Assembly: GCA_050329935.1 (NCBI GenBank)
Contig: JBHJOI010000027.1
Location: 15,270 to 79,269, forward strand
Length of the DNA stretch: 64,000 nt
Direction of reading: 5' to 3'
Origin: Thiotrichales bacterium
GTDB taxonomy: Bacteria > Pseudomonadota > Gammaproteobacteria > UWMA-0217
Of this stretch, positions 42,282 to 51,518 are shown one piece after another (within the stretch, counting starts at the first letter, position 1; every line of letters starts with the position of its first letter). The notes beneath the pieces are model-generated. The model ran no database searches and was not told where the DNA came from. It saw only the letters and a program-made list of their open reading frames with translations. A program made the position numbers and the translations under genes.

Positions 42282-44015
42282 ATGCAATATGACGCGAGAA
42301 CTTTAGACCGATCAAGCGTGGTCAAGACGGATGTCTGCGTGATCGGCGCGGGTCCGGCTGGAATGACCTTGGCGCATGAGTTTCTGGGTAAGGGGTTGCG
42401 GGTCGCGGTGCTGGAAAGCGGTGGGACCAAGCCGGAGAAACAAGCCGACGATCTCAGCAAGGGCGAGCTCGGTGGTGTGCTGGATCAGGCGTTGCATGAC
42501 GTCCACGCGCGCCAGGTCGGCGGAACCGCGAATCACTGGATCATCAAGATGGCCGATAAGCGAAACGGCTTTCGCCATACGCCGCTCGATGCGATCGATT
42601 TCGAGCCGCGCGACCATATTCCCCACAGCGGTTGGCCAATCACCCGCGAGCAACTGGATCCGTATTACGGGCGTGTCCATCAGGTCTGCGAGATCGGCGC
42701 GTGCGAGTACGCCGCGGACTATTGGCGGGAGGCAATCGCGAGCCCTTTGCTTGACGCGGGGGAGGCGTTGCAGTCGAGCGTGTTCACGTTCGGCGCGACT
42801 CACTTTTTCACTCACGATTGGCCCGATCAGTTCGCGCGCTCGAACGAGATTGATCTCTACACGCACGCGACCGTCGTCGAATTGCTGACCGATGATGAGG
42901 GTCAGCAGGTCACCCGCGCGGTGGTTCGAGTGCCGGGCGGCAATGAGATCCTGTTCGAGGCCCAGGAGTTCGTCATCGCCGCGGGCGGTTTCGATACCGC
43001 GCGCCTACTGCTCAGTTCGAATCGCCGACATCCGAACGGATTGGGGAATCAACACGATGTCGTCGGTCGCTATTACATCGACCACGGCGTCGTCTTGCAC
43101 GGTTACTTCTATCCAAGCGATCCCGCGCTGATGCGCAAATTGGCTTTCTACGACTTGCGCCTGGTCGCCGGCGCATCGATCCTAGGAAAGTTCGCCTTGT
43201 CCGAGGAGACACGACGCCGCGAACGGTTGCGGAATCTGGGGGCAATGATTTTTCCGAAACCTCGCGATATCGACCAGGACGCGTTCGATAGTCTGCAACA
43301 GATTGCGTGGGCGCTGCACGGTCGGCGCTGGCCGTCGGATCTGAGCGAAAAGATCCTCAACATCGCGCGTGGTTGGCGCTACCTCGCGCACGTGTTTTAC
43401 CAGCGTTTCCGCCACGACGCGGGTTTGATGCCGGGCCTCGCGCAGGGCGGGTGGTCAAGGCTCCCCGACCTCGAGCGTCGTTTCTCGCGCCTCGAACTCA
43501 TATCCTTGACCGAGCAGACACCGAATCCGAACAATCGGGTCACCTTGATCGATGACCGCGATGCGCTGGGTTGTCGCCGCATCAAGGCGCACATGGACTG
43601 GAACCCCGAGGATCTTGACAGCATACGACGCACCGAGCGGCTACTCGTGGAGTCACTGCGCGAGGCAGGTTTCGGCCGCTTCGAGCCGCATTCGGCCGAC
43701 GGTGAGATCGCGTTCTATTCGCGCACCGCGCACCATATCATGGGTACCGCGCGGATGAGCGACGATCCCAGGTTCGGCGTGGTCGACCGGGATTGCAGGG
43801 TGCATGGCGTCGCGAATCTCCATATCGCCAGTAGCGCGGTCTTCACGACAGGCGGTTATGCCAATCCAACCTTGACGATTCTGGCCTTGGCGATCCGCTT
43901 GGCCGACACGCTCAAGGCGCGGTTGGACCAGGCGCCGCGACTCGATGACAACGTGCTGTTGTTTCCCGAGGCGCCGCGTGGCAATGGCAGCGATGTGGCG
44001 CGGAAGTGCGCTTAG
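42282..44015 (+). CDS. GMC-family FAD-dependent oxidoreductase
   Basis: N-terminal Rossmann DVCVIGAGPAGM...VLESGG; C-terminal GMC signature HIMGTARMSDDPRFGVVDRDCRVHGVANLHIASSAVFTTGGYANPT. No signal peptide. ATG at 42282; the ORF-track TTG at 42270 is an alternative. Confidence 0.85.
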   Translation: MQYDARTLDRSSVVKTDVCVIGAGPAGMTLAHEFLGKGLRVAVLESGGTKPEKQADDLSKGELGGVLDQALHDVHARQVGGTANHWIIKMADKRNGFRHTPLDAIDFEPRDHIPHSGWPITREQLDPYYGRVHQVCEIGACEYAADYWREAIASPLLDAGEALQSSVFTFGATHFFTHDWPDQFARSNEIDLYTHATVVELLTDDEGQQVTRAVVRVPGGNEILFEAQEFVIAAGGFDTARLLLSSNRRHPNGLGNQHDVVGRYYIDHGVVLHGYFYPSDPALMRKLAFYDLRLVAGASILGKFALSEETRRRERLRNLGAMIFPKPRDIDQDAFDSLQQIAWALHGRRWPSDLSEKILNIARGWRYLAHVFYQRFRHDAGLMPGLAQGGWSRLPDLERRFSRLELISLTEQTPNPNNRVTLIDDRDALGCRRIKAHMDWNPEDLDSIRRTERLLVESLREAGFGRFEPHSADGEIAFYSRTAHHIMGTARMSDDPRFGVVDRDCRVHGVANLHIASSAVFTTGGYANPTLTILALAIRLADTLKARLDQAPRLDDNVLLFPEAPRGNGSDVARKCA

Positions 44016-44053
44016 TGCGGGTCGGGTGTTGTTTGGCTGGGCCGAAGGCGGCT

Positions 44054-44752
44054 TTAGTCGCTTGGCGGCGGCTGTGGCTTGGGTGATTCAGCGGTGATCG
44101 CCGACAATCGATCGCGTGAAACCCCCTGTTCGATCCCTCGTTGAACACCGAAATTCGGTTGTGGCTTCTCAATCACGAAAATGCGATGCCCGTTGATCAT
44201 GGCCGAGACGTCCGCGCCGCTGCCCTTCAAGTCATGCCAGAATGCAGTAAGCGTGTGCACCACGGCAAAGCCGAGCAGGATTCGAGCCCCTGTCGTGTGA
44301 AGATCCTGGGTGGTTTCTGGCACGAACACGGCGCCGCTGGTGTAGCTGAATCCGGTGACCATCTGGAGCAAGAGCACCGCGAAGAACGCCAGATAGAGTG
44401 GCATCCAGAGCGGATTGTGCGCGTACGATTTCGGTAGCGGCGATTTGCCGAGTGTGAGATAGAACTTCAGCATCGCCAGCGCCCCTTTGAGTTCCAGGCG
44501 GCCAGGAATCAAGGCTCCTAGTAGATCGGTCCGGCGCCCGAAAAACAGCAGATAGATCCGCAAGAAGAACACTGCCAGCAGAACATGCCCAGCCATATAG
44601 TGGTAGTCGCGCGCGGCAATCGCGAGATCGGGCGCGACCCGGGTAAGTAGACCGGTCAGCAGCAAGGCGAGCACCAGCAGCGTCATCGCCCAGTGCGAAA
44701 AGCGCAATAGACCGCTCCAGACCCCGATACGGCGTAGAGTAGGGTGACTCAT
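44054..44752 (-). CDS. Ni/Fe-hydrogenase b-type cytochrome subunit family (HyaC/HupC/cytochrome b561-like) dihaem membrane cytochrome b
   Basis: 232 aa, 4 TM helices. The conserved haem-ligand pattern is present (RFSHW, HNPLWMPLYLAFF, VVHTLTAFWHDL, INGHR) and aligns motif by motif with E. coli HyaC. There is no hydrogenase in the window. Confidence 0.75.
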   Translation of the reverse strand: MSHPTLRRIGVWSGLLRFSHWAMTLLVLALLLTGLLTRVAPDLAIAARDYHYMAGHVLLAVFFLRIYLLFFGRRTDLLGALIPGRLELKGALAMLKFYLTLGKSPLPKSYAHNPLWMPLYLAFFAVLLLQMVTGFSYTSGAVFVPETTQDLHTTGARILLGFAVVHTLTAFWHDLKGSGADVSAMINGHRIFVIEKPQPNFGVQRGIEQGVSRDRLSAITAESPKPQPPPSD

Positions 44753-44810
44753 GCGGGTTTATGCCCTCAGCTTCGAAGGTCGTTCAGAGGCACGGCGGTG
44801 GGGGCGTCCG

Positions 44811-44975
44811 TTAGATCTCGACCATCTCAAAATCGTCCTTGCCCGCGCCGCATTCCGGACACACCCAGTTCATCGGTACATCCTCCCAGGCGGTGCCCGG
44901 CGCGATGCCCTCATCGGGCGAGCCCTCGGCCTCGTCGTAGACAAACCCACAAATAACGCACATATACTTTTTCAT
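44811..44975 (-). CDS. rubA: Rubredoxin
   Basis: 54 aa from [18 protein letters not shown]...[14 protein letters not shown]. Two CxxCG knuckles. Start moved to the internal ATG by homology to canonical rubredoxins. Confidence 0.88.
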   Translation of the reverse strand: MKKYMCVICGFVYDEAEGSPDEGIAPGTAWEDVPMNWVCPECGAGKDDFEMVEI

Positions 44976-45168
44976 GCTTGTCGCGGCGGCGGAGAATCTC
45001 AAGGGCGCGTATTCTCACACGCTCTGCCGGGCGAGGGAAATCCCCTTACGGGAGGGCGCGAAGGTTGGTGTCAAGACGCGATGGCGAGATTCGCGGTTAC
45101 GGGTCTATCGGTGGGTGGCACTGGGTCTACCCTAGCGAGTTCAATCAATTGTGGAGGGTTTTATCTGA

Positions 45169-45975
45169 ATGAAAATGCCGGCGCCAGTGGTCATGCTGTT
45201 TTCAGGTCTGGATCCCACCGGAGGCGCGGGGATACAGGCGGACATCGAGGCGGCCGCGAGCATGGGGTGCCATGCGGCCCCGATCGTGACCTGTCTGACC
45301 GTGCAGAACACGCAAAACGTCATCGGCGTATCCCCCGTCAAACCTTCGCTGATTGTGGAGCAGGCGCGGGCGGTGCTCGAGGATATGCCGGTCAAGGCTT
45401 TTAAATGTGGCCTGTTGGGTTCGGTGGAACTGGTCGAGGCGCTACATACATTGTTGCGTGATTATCCTGACCTGCCGCTGGTGCTGGATCCCGTGTTTCT
45501 GGCCGGCGGCGGCGCGGAACTCACCGACTCCGAGACCTTGTTCGCCATCCGCGACTTGCTGTTGCCGCGGGCGACCGTGGTAACTCCCAATACACCTGAA
45601 TTACGCGCGTTGGCGAGCGGATCCGGTTCGGATACGCTCGAGGCATGCGCGATGGAGGTGTTGTCTCATGGCTGCGATTTTGTGTTGGTGACCGGCGCGC
45701 ACGAGACGACGGCGAAGGTCGTCAACACGCTCTACGGCAATCACCGACGACTTCAGGAATATCAGTGGGAGCGTCTGCCCGGCGTCTACCATGGTTCGGG
45801 TTGTACCCTGGCCTCGGCGATCGCCGGCTTGCTCGCGCAGGGACAGGAGCCGTTCTCTGCAATTTCGGCCGCCCAGCGATACACCTGGAATACGCTCAAG
45901 CACGCCGAGCATCTGGGCATGGGGCAGATGATTCCCGACCGACTGTACTGGGCGGGCAATGTCGAGGCCGAATGA
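45169..45975 (+). CDS. thiD: Hydroxymethylpyrimidine/phosphomethylpyrimidine kinase
   Basis: 268 aa, ribokinase-like fold: LFSGLDPTGGAGIQADIEAA...GSGCTLASAIA. Confidence 0.92.
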   Translation: MKMPAPVVMLFSGLDPTGGAGIQADIEAAASMGCHAAPIVTCLTVQNTQNVIGVSPVKPSLIVEQARAVLEDMPVKAFKCGLLGSVELVEALHTLLRDYPDLPLVLDPVFLAGGGAELTDSETLFAIRDLLLPRATVVTPNTPELRALASGSGSDTLEACAMEVLSHGCDFVLVTGAHETTAKVVNTLYGNHRRLQEYQWERLPGVYHGSGCTLASAIAGLLAQGQEPFSAISAAQRYTWNTLKHAEHLGMGQMIPDRLYWAGNVEAE

Positions 45976-46622
45976 CCACTAAGCTACCTGCGGTTGACGA
46001 TCGCGCGCGATGGCGCGGGCTTTATGCCATCACCCGCGAATGTGACCGAGATCCGCAACGCTGGCTGAATGATATCGAAGCCGCGCTACGGGGCGGTGCG
46101 CGGTACCTGCAGTATCGCGACAAGCGTGCCGATTTGCCGAGGCGGCTCGAGGAGGCGCGAGCGTTACGCGCGCTGACGTCCAAGCATGGTGTTTATCTGA
46201 TCATCAACGACGATCTCGAACTTGCCGAGGCTGTTGGTGCGGATGGACTGCATCTCGGTCGCGATGACGCAAGTCTCGCCGTGGCACGGGGCCGACTGGG
46301 TCCGGAAGCGATTATTGGGGTGTCGTGTTACGCGCAGCTCGAGCGCGCGATTCAGGCGGAGCGCGAGGGTGCTAGCTACGTGGCGTTCGGCAGTTTCTTT
46401 CCGTCGCCGACCAAGCCGCAGGCCGAACGCGCCGACACGAGCTTGCTCGCGGCCTGGCGTATGCGCCCGACGCCGGTCTGCGCGATAGGCGGCATTACGC
46501 TCGAGAATGCGCGAGACCTGGTGACGGCGGGCGCGGATATGGTCGCGGTCATCAGTGCGCTATGGGACTCCGCGAATATCGAGGAAACGGCGCGGTCGTT
46601 CGCACTTCGTTCGTCGGGTTGA
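45972..46622 (+). CDS. thiE: Thiamine-phosphate synthase
   Basis: 216 aa starting at the ATG overlapping the thiD stop (ATGA). LYAITRE...YLQYRDK...IINDDLELA...GADGLHLG...GVSCY...ADYVAFGSFFPSPTKP...CAIGGI. Confidence 0.9.
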   Translation: MTTKLPAVDDRARWRGLYAITRECDRDPQRWLNDIEAALRGGARYLQYRDKRADLPRRLEEARALRALTSKHGVYLIINDDLELAEAVGADGLHLGRDDASLAVARGRLGPEAIIGVSCYAQLERAIQAEREGASYVAFGSFFPSPTKPQAERADTSLLAAWRMRPTPVCAIGGITLENARDLVTAGADMVAVISALWDSANIEETARSFALRSSG

Positions 46623-46702
46623 GCTGCCAGCCTCTCGGTCAAGTCGAGCGACTGCTCGGCGATTTAAGCGCGATGGGCGTGTGCGCAAGTCGCGGCGCGG
46701 TG

Positions 46703-47878
46703 TCAGAGCCCTAGTGGCTGCAAATTAACGTTGATGTCTATCTCGCGCGGTGGTTCGGTGCCCACCGTGCGTCGCAGCCGGGCAGTCACGTTGTCGCCGG
46801 GCTTGCGATCGAGCAGGCCGAGCTTGATATCGGTGAGATTGCTGACCGGCACCCCGTCGAGCGCGAGGATCAGGTCGCCCGCATGGGCGCCTGCCAATAG
46901 CATCGCGCTACCCGCGGGTAGCTCCTTGATCGCCATGTGTGCGTGCTGTTGCTCAAGGAACACGCCCAGGATGCCGCCGGGGGGGAGGCTGGCGGGTTCG
47001 GTCTTCAGATAGAAATCGATATGCTCGGCGATTGCGGGTAGCGGCAGCGTGCTGGTTACCGTGGCCGTCGGCACGGTTTCGTATTGTCGCAGGACGTGCG
47101 GAATTCCCGCGACGTTGCTGACATGCCCGACGCCGGCGAACACCGCGACCCGGTGCTCCGGGTGTTGGCGCAGATAGCGCCCGACGTTGGCGGCCATCGT
47201 CGCATCCCAGACGCGCTGGACCGCGAGAAAGTTGTCGAAGTCGCCGTCGCGCCCTTCGTGCTGCGCGTAGACTTCGCGCAGTTTGGTCGTATATTCGGGC
47301 GTCGCGGGCGGAATGGTTTCGGGCAGCTTCGCGCGTTCCTCGGGGCTCAGACTGGCAAGTCCGGTCGCGCCAATCTTGCGCGTGAGTTCACGCTCGGCGT
47401 TGAGTGCCAGAACTGGCAAACGGTGCTCGCGCGCGAACTGAAGAATCGGTCGCAACATGCGGTAATCGAAGCGCCAGCGTTCGTAGTATTCAGTGCGATG
47501 CAGCAACTCGCGTTCATCGATCTCCCCGGCAATAAAGCGGTCCAGTTCCGCCTGGAACGGTTGCTGGAACCACTCGACGCCGATCGCGAGTTTCGGATCC
47601 TGCTGATACATGGCGCGCAGGATCGCGAGCTGGCTCAGGTGGTGGTCGTAACGGTCGTGCACTTCGCCCACGAACACGACCTTGCGGTCGGCGATAGCAC
47701 GCACGAATTCCGCGAAACTGAGCGTACGCCCACTTGCTTCGACCGCGGGCGCGAAGTTATCCAGATGTGACAACACGTCCGCCTGATTCCGATGCTCGTA
47801 AACAAGGGTGCGCGGACCCGGGTTGCTACAACTCGCGGTGGAGACCAGCAGGAGGATGCCAAGCACCCTGGCGTTCAT
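46703..47878 (-). CDS. Lipoprotein of the TIKI/TraB/ChaN/GumN superfamily (DUF399) with a C-terminal PDZ domain
   Basis: Lipobox MNARVLGILLLVSTASC. Superfamily motifs VVFVGEVHDRYDHH and VFAGVGHVSN. C-terminal PDZ-like segment (GILGVF...AGDLILALDGVPVSNLTDI...GDNVTARLRR). Start moved to M41 of the ORF-track ORF. Confidence 0.7.
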   Translation of the reverse strand: MNARVLGILLLVSTASCSNPGPRTLVYEHRNQADVLSHLDNFAPAVEASGRTLSFAEFVRAIADRKVVFVGEVHDRYDHHLSQLAILRAMYQQDPKLAIGVEWFQQPFQAELDRFIAGEIDERELLHRTEYYERWRFDYRMLRPILQFAREHRLPVLALNAERELTRKIGATGLASLSPEERAKLPETIPPATPEYTTKLREVYAQHEGRDGDFDNFLAVQRVWDATMAANVGRYLRQHPEHRVAVFAGVGHVSNVAGIPHVLRQYETVPTATVTSTLPLPAIAEHIDFYLKTEPASLPPGGILGVFLEQQHAHMAIKELPAGSAMLLAGAHAGDLILALDGVPVSNLTDIKLGLLDRKPGDNVTARLRRTVGTEPPREIDINVNLQPLGL

Positions 47879-48041
47879 GCGTTGCTTAGGCACGTCTCTT
47901 TGTCTCTGGCGGGATTTTAATGGTAACTGATACGTCGCAAAGCGTCGCGCCGCTTGGGTATCTTTGCAAGTTGGAGGCGTCTGGATGCGGTTGGTCATGG
48001 GTTACAATGCAACTCGATCGAGTGAATCTGGACCTGGAAGC

Positions 48042-50135
48042 ATGAAATCAGCGCTTACCATCCCCCCCGCCCTATCCGCCTTGATGGTCGTCGGTGCCTT
48101 ATTTGCGCTGGTGTTGGCCATGCCGGTGCGCGCGGCCGCCGAAGGCGTGATCGAGCATGACCTCTTGGTCCGCCTGGACCCTGTCAAGCGCGAGATCGAG
48201 GTTCGCGATCGGATCACATTGCCGGAGCATCCAACGGTGCCCGCCGTCTACGAGTTTGGATTGCATCGGGATTTGCGCGTCGTGCCCGACGGCGGCGTAC
48301 CGGCACTCAAGGTGCTTTCGGTACATGAGGAGACGCGCTTTTATCAGATTCCGCTTGCGCCCGGGCAACGCGAGGTCATCGTCAACTACGCCGGGCAACC
48401 GCCCTCGCGACCGCTGTGCGACTGGCTCACCGAGCGATGCGCGTTGTTTGACCGACAGGGGGTTTATCTCGACGGCGGTAGCGTCTGGTATCCGCGTCTG
48501 ACCGATGAGCTGGTCACGTTCAAGATGCGCGTGGAGCTACCGGAGGGCTGGCATGCGATCAGTCAAGGCGAGCACAGCCGATCTACCGGCGCCGACGGCA
48601 AACCGCTCGACAGTTGGCGGATCGATCGCCCGCAGGAGGACATCTATCTGGTCGCGGGTCCGTTCCATGTCTATGAAAAGCCCGGACGGCAGGTGCGGGC
48701 CAAAGTTTATTTGCGAGAGCCGGATGAAGCGCTGGCACAGCGTTATCTCGATGTGACCGAAACCTACATTGACCGATTCGCGCGACTGTTCGGCGCCTAT
48801 CCCTACGCCCAGTTCGCGGCAGTCGAGAGTTTCTGGGAAACGGGCTGGGGGATGCCGTCATTTACGCTGTTGGGATCACGGGTGATGCGCTTGCCGTTTA
48901 TTTTGCACAGCGCCTTCCCGCACGAGATTCTGCACAATTGGTGGGGTAATTCGGTCTATCTCGATACCTCGCTCGGCAACTGGGCCGAGGGCTTGACCGC
49001 CTATCTCGCTGATCATGCGATCCAGGAGGACCAAGGGCAGGGCGCCGCTTTTCGGCGCGCCGCGCTGCAGAAATATGCCGACTACGTCCGCCGTGACCAG
49101 GAGACTTCGATTCGCCAGTTTCGCAGTCGACGCAGTGATGCGAGTCAGGCGATTGGGTATCAAAAATCGCTGATGATGTGGCACATGTTGCGGCGCGAGC
49201 TCGGCGATGATGCGTTTTTTGCGGCGCTGCAAAGTTTTCATGCCCGGCATCTATTTCGCGTCGCTTCATTCGTCGATTTGCAGCGCGCCTTCGAAGGCGC
49301 GCAATCCGGGCGCCTCAATGCGTTTTTTGCGCAGTGGTTGGAGCGCGCCGGTGCGCCGCAGCTCGTGCTCGGCGCGGCCGAGGTGCACCCACGGGGCGAT
49401 CAGGCGTGGCTTGTGCGGATGACCTTGCGCCAAACCCAGCCCGGTTCGGCGTACATGCTCGCGGTGCCTTACCGCGTGTTGGGTCGCGATGGCGAAGTGG
49501 TCGGCGCCGGCGATCTCGCGCTCGATCAGCCCGAACAAACCATCGATGTGGTCGCGACCGGGATGCCAGCGACACTGGTGATCGATCCCGATTTCGACGT
49601 TTTTCGTCGCCTTGATCCGCGCGAGTTACCGCCGTCGCTCGGGCAGTTGTTCGGCGCCGAGCGTGCGACTGTGGTTGTGCCGGCGCGCGCGGAACCGACA
49701 CTGCGGGCGGCCTACCAAGCGCTGGCCGAGCTCTGGCGCACGCGCTATCCGACACTCAACATCGTTGACGACACTGGCGCGGAGCCACCACCGGGTATGG
49801 TTTGGGTGCTCGGGTGGGAGAACCGGTACGCCGATACCGCCGCGACGGCCCTGACGGCGGCCGGGTTGGCGCGCTTGGGCGACGATCTGCGGCTGGGCGA
49901 TCGCGTATTCGCGCGTCAAGGTCACACCTTGGTCGCAAGCGCTTCGCGCGATGCCGGCAGCCGCTGGGGGCTGCTGGCGTCGACCTCCGCCGACGCGGTC
50001 GCGGCGTTGGCGTCACGCGTGACGCACTACGGCAAATACGGCTATCTGGTTTTTTCCGACGCCGATGGCGCCAATTTATTGAAGGGCGAATGGACGCCGT
50101 CCGAGTCGCCGCTCACGAAGGCGTTCGCGCACTGA
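48042..50135 (+). CDS. Secreted M1-family zinc metallopeptidase (aminopeptidase-N-like)
   Basis: Signal peptide MKSALTIPPALSALMVVGALFALVLAMPVRAAAEG. HEILHNWWG...NWAEG (HEXXH-X18-E) zinc site. About 697 aa from M27 of the ORF-track ORF. Confidence 0.8.
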   Translation: MKSALTIPPALSALMVVGALFALVLAMPVRAAAEGVIEHDLLVRLDPVKREIEVRDRITLPEHPTVPAVYEFGLHRDLRVVPDGGVPALKVLSVHEETRFYQIPLAPGQREVIVNYAGQPPSRPLCDWLTERCALFDRQGVYLDGGSVWYPRLTDELVTFKMRVELPEGWHAISQGEHSRSTGADGKPLDSWRIDRPQEDIYLVAGPFHVYEKPGRQVRAKVYLREPDEALAQRYLDVTETYIDRFARLFGAYPYAQFAAVESFWETGWGMPSFTLLGSRVMRLPFILHSAFPHEILHNWWGNSVYLDTSLGNWAEGLTAYLADHAIQEDQGQGAAFRRAALQKYADYVRRDQETSIRQFRSRRSDASQAIGYQKSLMMWHMLRRELGDDAFFAALQSFHARHLFRVASFVDLQRAFEGAQSGRLNAFFAQWLERAGAPQLVLGAAEVHPRGDQAWLVRMTLRQTQPGSAYMLAVPYRVLGRDGEVVGAGDLALDQPEQTIDVVATGMPATLVIDPDFDVFRRLDPRELPPSLGQLFGAERATVVVPARAEPTLRAAYQALAELWRTRYPTLNIVDDTGAEPPPGMVWVLGWENRYADTAATALTAAGLARLGDDLRLGDRVFARQGHTLVASASRDAGSRWGLLASTSADAVAALASRVTHYGKYGYLVFSDADGANLLKGEWTPSESPLTKAFAH

Positions 50136-50154
50136 GCGCGAACCTCGTCGAGCG

Positions 50155-50817
50155 CTAGCGCGATTCGCGAAAGCTGGCAATCGGCCAGCCGCGCGCCACG
50201 GCGATGGCGCGCAGTTGCGGGTCGGGGTCGATCGCGACCGGATAGCTGACCCGTTCGAGCAGCGGCACATCATTGTGTGAATCGCTGTAGAACCAGCTTT
50301 CTTCGAGCGTGCCGCCATTTTGCGCCAGCCAGGCTTCGAGGCGCGTGACCTTGCCGGACTGGAAGCAGGGCGTGCCGGCGATCCGGCCGGTGTAGCGGCC
50401 GTCGATCTGTTCCGGTTCGGTGGCGATCAGTTCGCTCACGCCGAACGCATCCGCGATTGGGCGGGTCACGAAGCTATTGGTCGCGGTGATGATCATCACC
50501 GCGTCGCCACGGCGACGGTGCCAGTCGATGCGTTGTCGCCCCGTTTCGAGCATCATCGGCATGACCCGGCGCTGCATGAAATCCTCGCGCCAACGCATCA
50601 AGTCTTCCCGTGGGTTATCGATCAGCGGCTGGTAGGCGAAGCGCGCGAACGCATGGATGTCCAGCAAGCCAGCCTGGTATTGTTCGTAGAACCGGCGATT
50701 GGATGCTTCGTAGTGTTCGCGGTCGACCACGCCCAGCTCTATCAGGTGTTGACCCCAGGCATAGTCACTGTCGCCGTCAAGCAAGGTGTTGTCGAGATCG
50801 AATAACGCGAGCGTCAT
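50155..50817 (-). CDS. HAD-superfamily subfamily IB hydrolase (SerB/phosphatase-like)
   Basis: MTLALFDLDNTLL (DxD motif I) at the N-terminus and a later ...SDSHNDVPLL motif. Start moved to M42 of the ORF-track ORF. Divergent from rppH-ptsP as in Pseudomonas. Confidence 0.8.
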   Translation of the reverse strand: MTLALFDLDNTLLDGDSDYAWGQHLIELGVVDREHYEASNRRFYEQYQAGLLDIHAFARFAYQPLIDNPREDLMRWREDFMQRRVMPMMLETGRQRIDWHRRRGDAVMIITATNSFVTRPIADAFGVSELIATEPEQIDGRYTGRIAGTPCFQSGKVTRLEAWLAQNGGTLEESWFYSDSHNDVPLLERVSYPVAIDPDPQLRAIAVARGWPIASFRESR

Positions 50818-50986
50818 CTTGGTCAAATCGTTGGAATTGTTGCGTGCCGCCGGGTGTCGGCGTTGCCTAGGGCGTGCGCGCGCGGTCAAAGGGTCGGAAG
50901 TATAGGCGGATTGCGATCCATTTGCCCGTTTTAGTGCCATGTGAAAGAATACCTATACATATGCTCAGGAATCGCGAGTCACCTAA

Positions 50987-51505
50987 GTGATTGATCTTGA
51001 TGGTTACAGGCCAAACGTCGGGATTATCCTGTCCAACAGGAGCGGGCAGCTTTTCTGGGCCAAGAGGATTGGACAGAACGCGTGGCAGTTTCCCCAGGGC
51101 GGAATCCGCCGTTATGAAACGGTGGTCGAGGCGATGTATCGCGAGTTACGCGAGGAGGTCGGGTTGCTACCGGAGCATGTCGAGATTATTGGTTCGACGC
51201 GGCGTTGGCTGCGTTACCGATTGCCGAGGCACCTCGTGCGACGCGACTCGACACCGGTTTGTATCGGGCAGAAGCAGCGCTGGTTCTTGCTGCGAATGGT
51301 CTGCCCAGACGATCGGGTCTGCTTTGACGTGACCGAGTCGCCGGAGTTTGATGGGTGGCGGTGGGTGGACTATTGGCGGCCGGTCGACGAGGTCGTTTTT
51401 TTCAAGCGCGAGGTCTATCGTCGGGCGCTGCAAGAGTTCGCGCCCAAGTTGTTCATGAGCGAGGTGTCGGTCTTGTCGCCGACGCCGCTGCCGCTTCAGC
51501 GTTAG
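50987..51505 (+). CDS. rppH: RNA pyrophosphohydrolase RppH (NudH)
   Basis: [40 protein letters not shown] aligns almost colinearly with E. coli RppH; Nudix box REEVGL. Confidence 0.95.
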   Translation: MIDLDGYRPNVGIILSNRSGQLFWAKRIGQNAWQFPQGGIRRYETVVEAMYRELREEVGLLPEHVEIIGSTRRWLRYRLPRHLVRRDSTPVCIGQKQRWFLLRMVCPDDRVCFDVTESPEFDGWRWVDYWRPVDEVVFFKREVYRRALQEFAPKLFMSEVSVLSPTPLPLQR

Positions 51506-51518
51506 GGTCCGGTCGCCC

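Noticed and set aside
42094-42315. 73-aa minus-strand ORF in the AT-rich block upstream of the GMC gene
   Set aside because: The translation (IGLKFSRHIAYVPTIFVIFPWFIW...) is driven by AT-rich promoter-like sequence, overlaps the GMC start, and has no Shine-Dalgarno sequence or homology.
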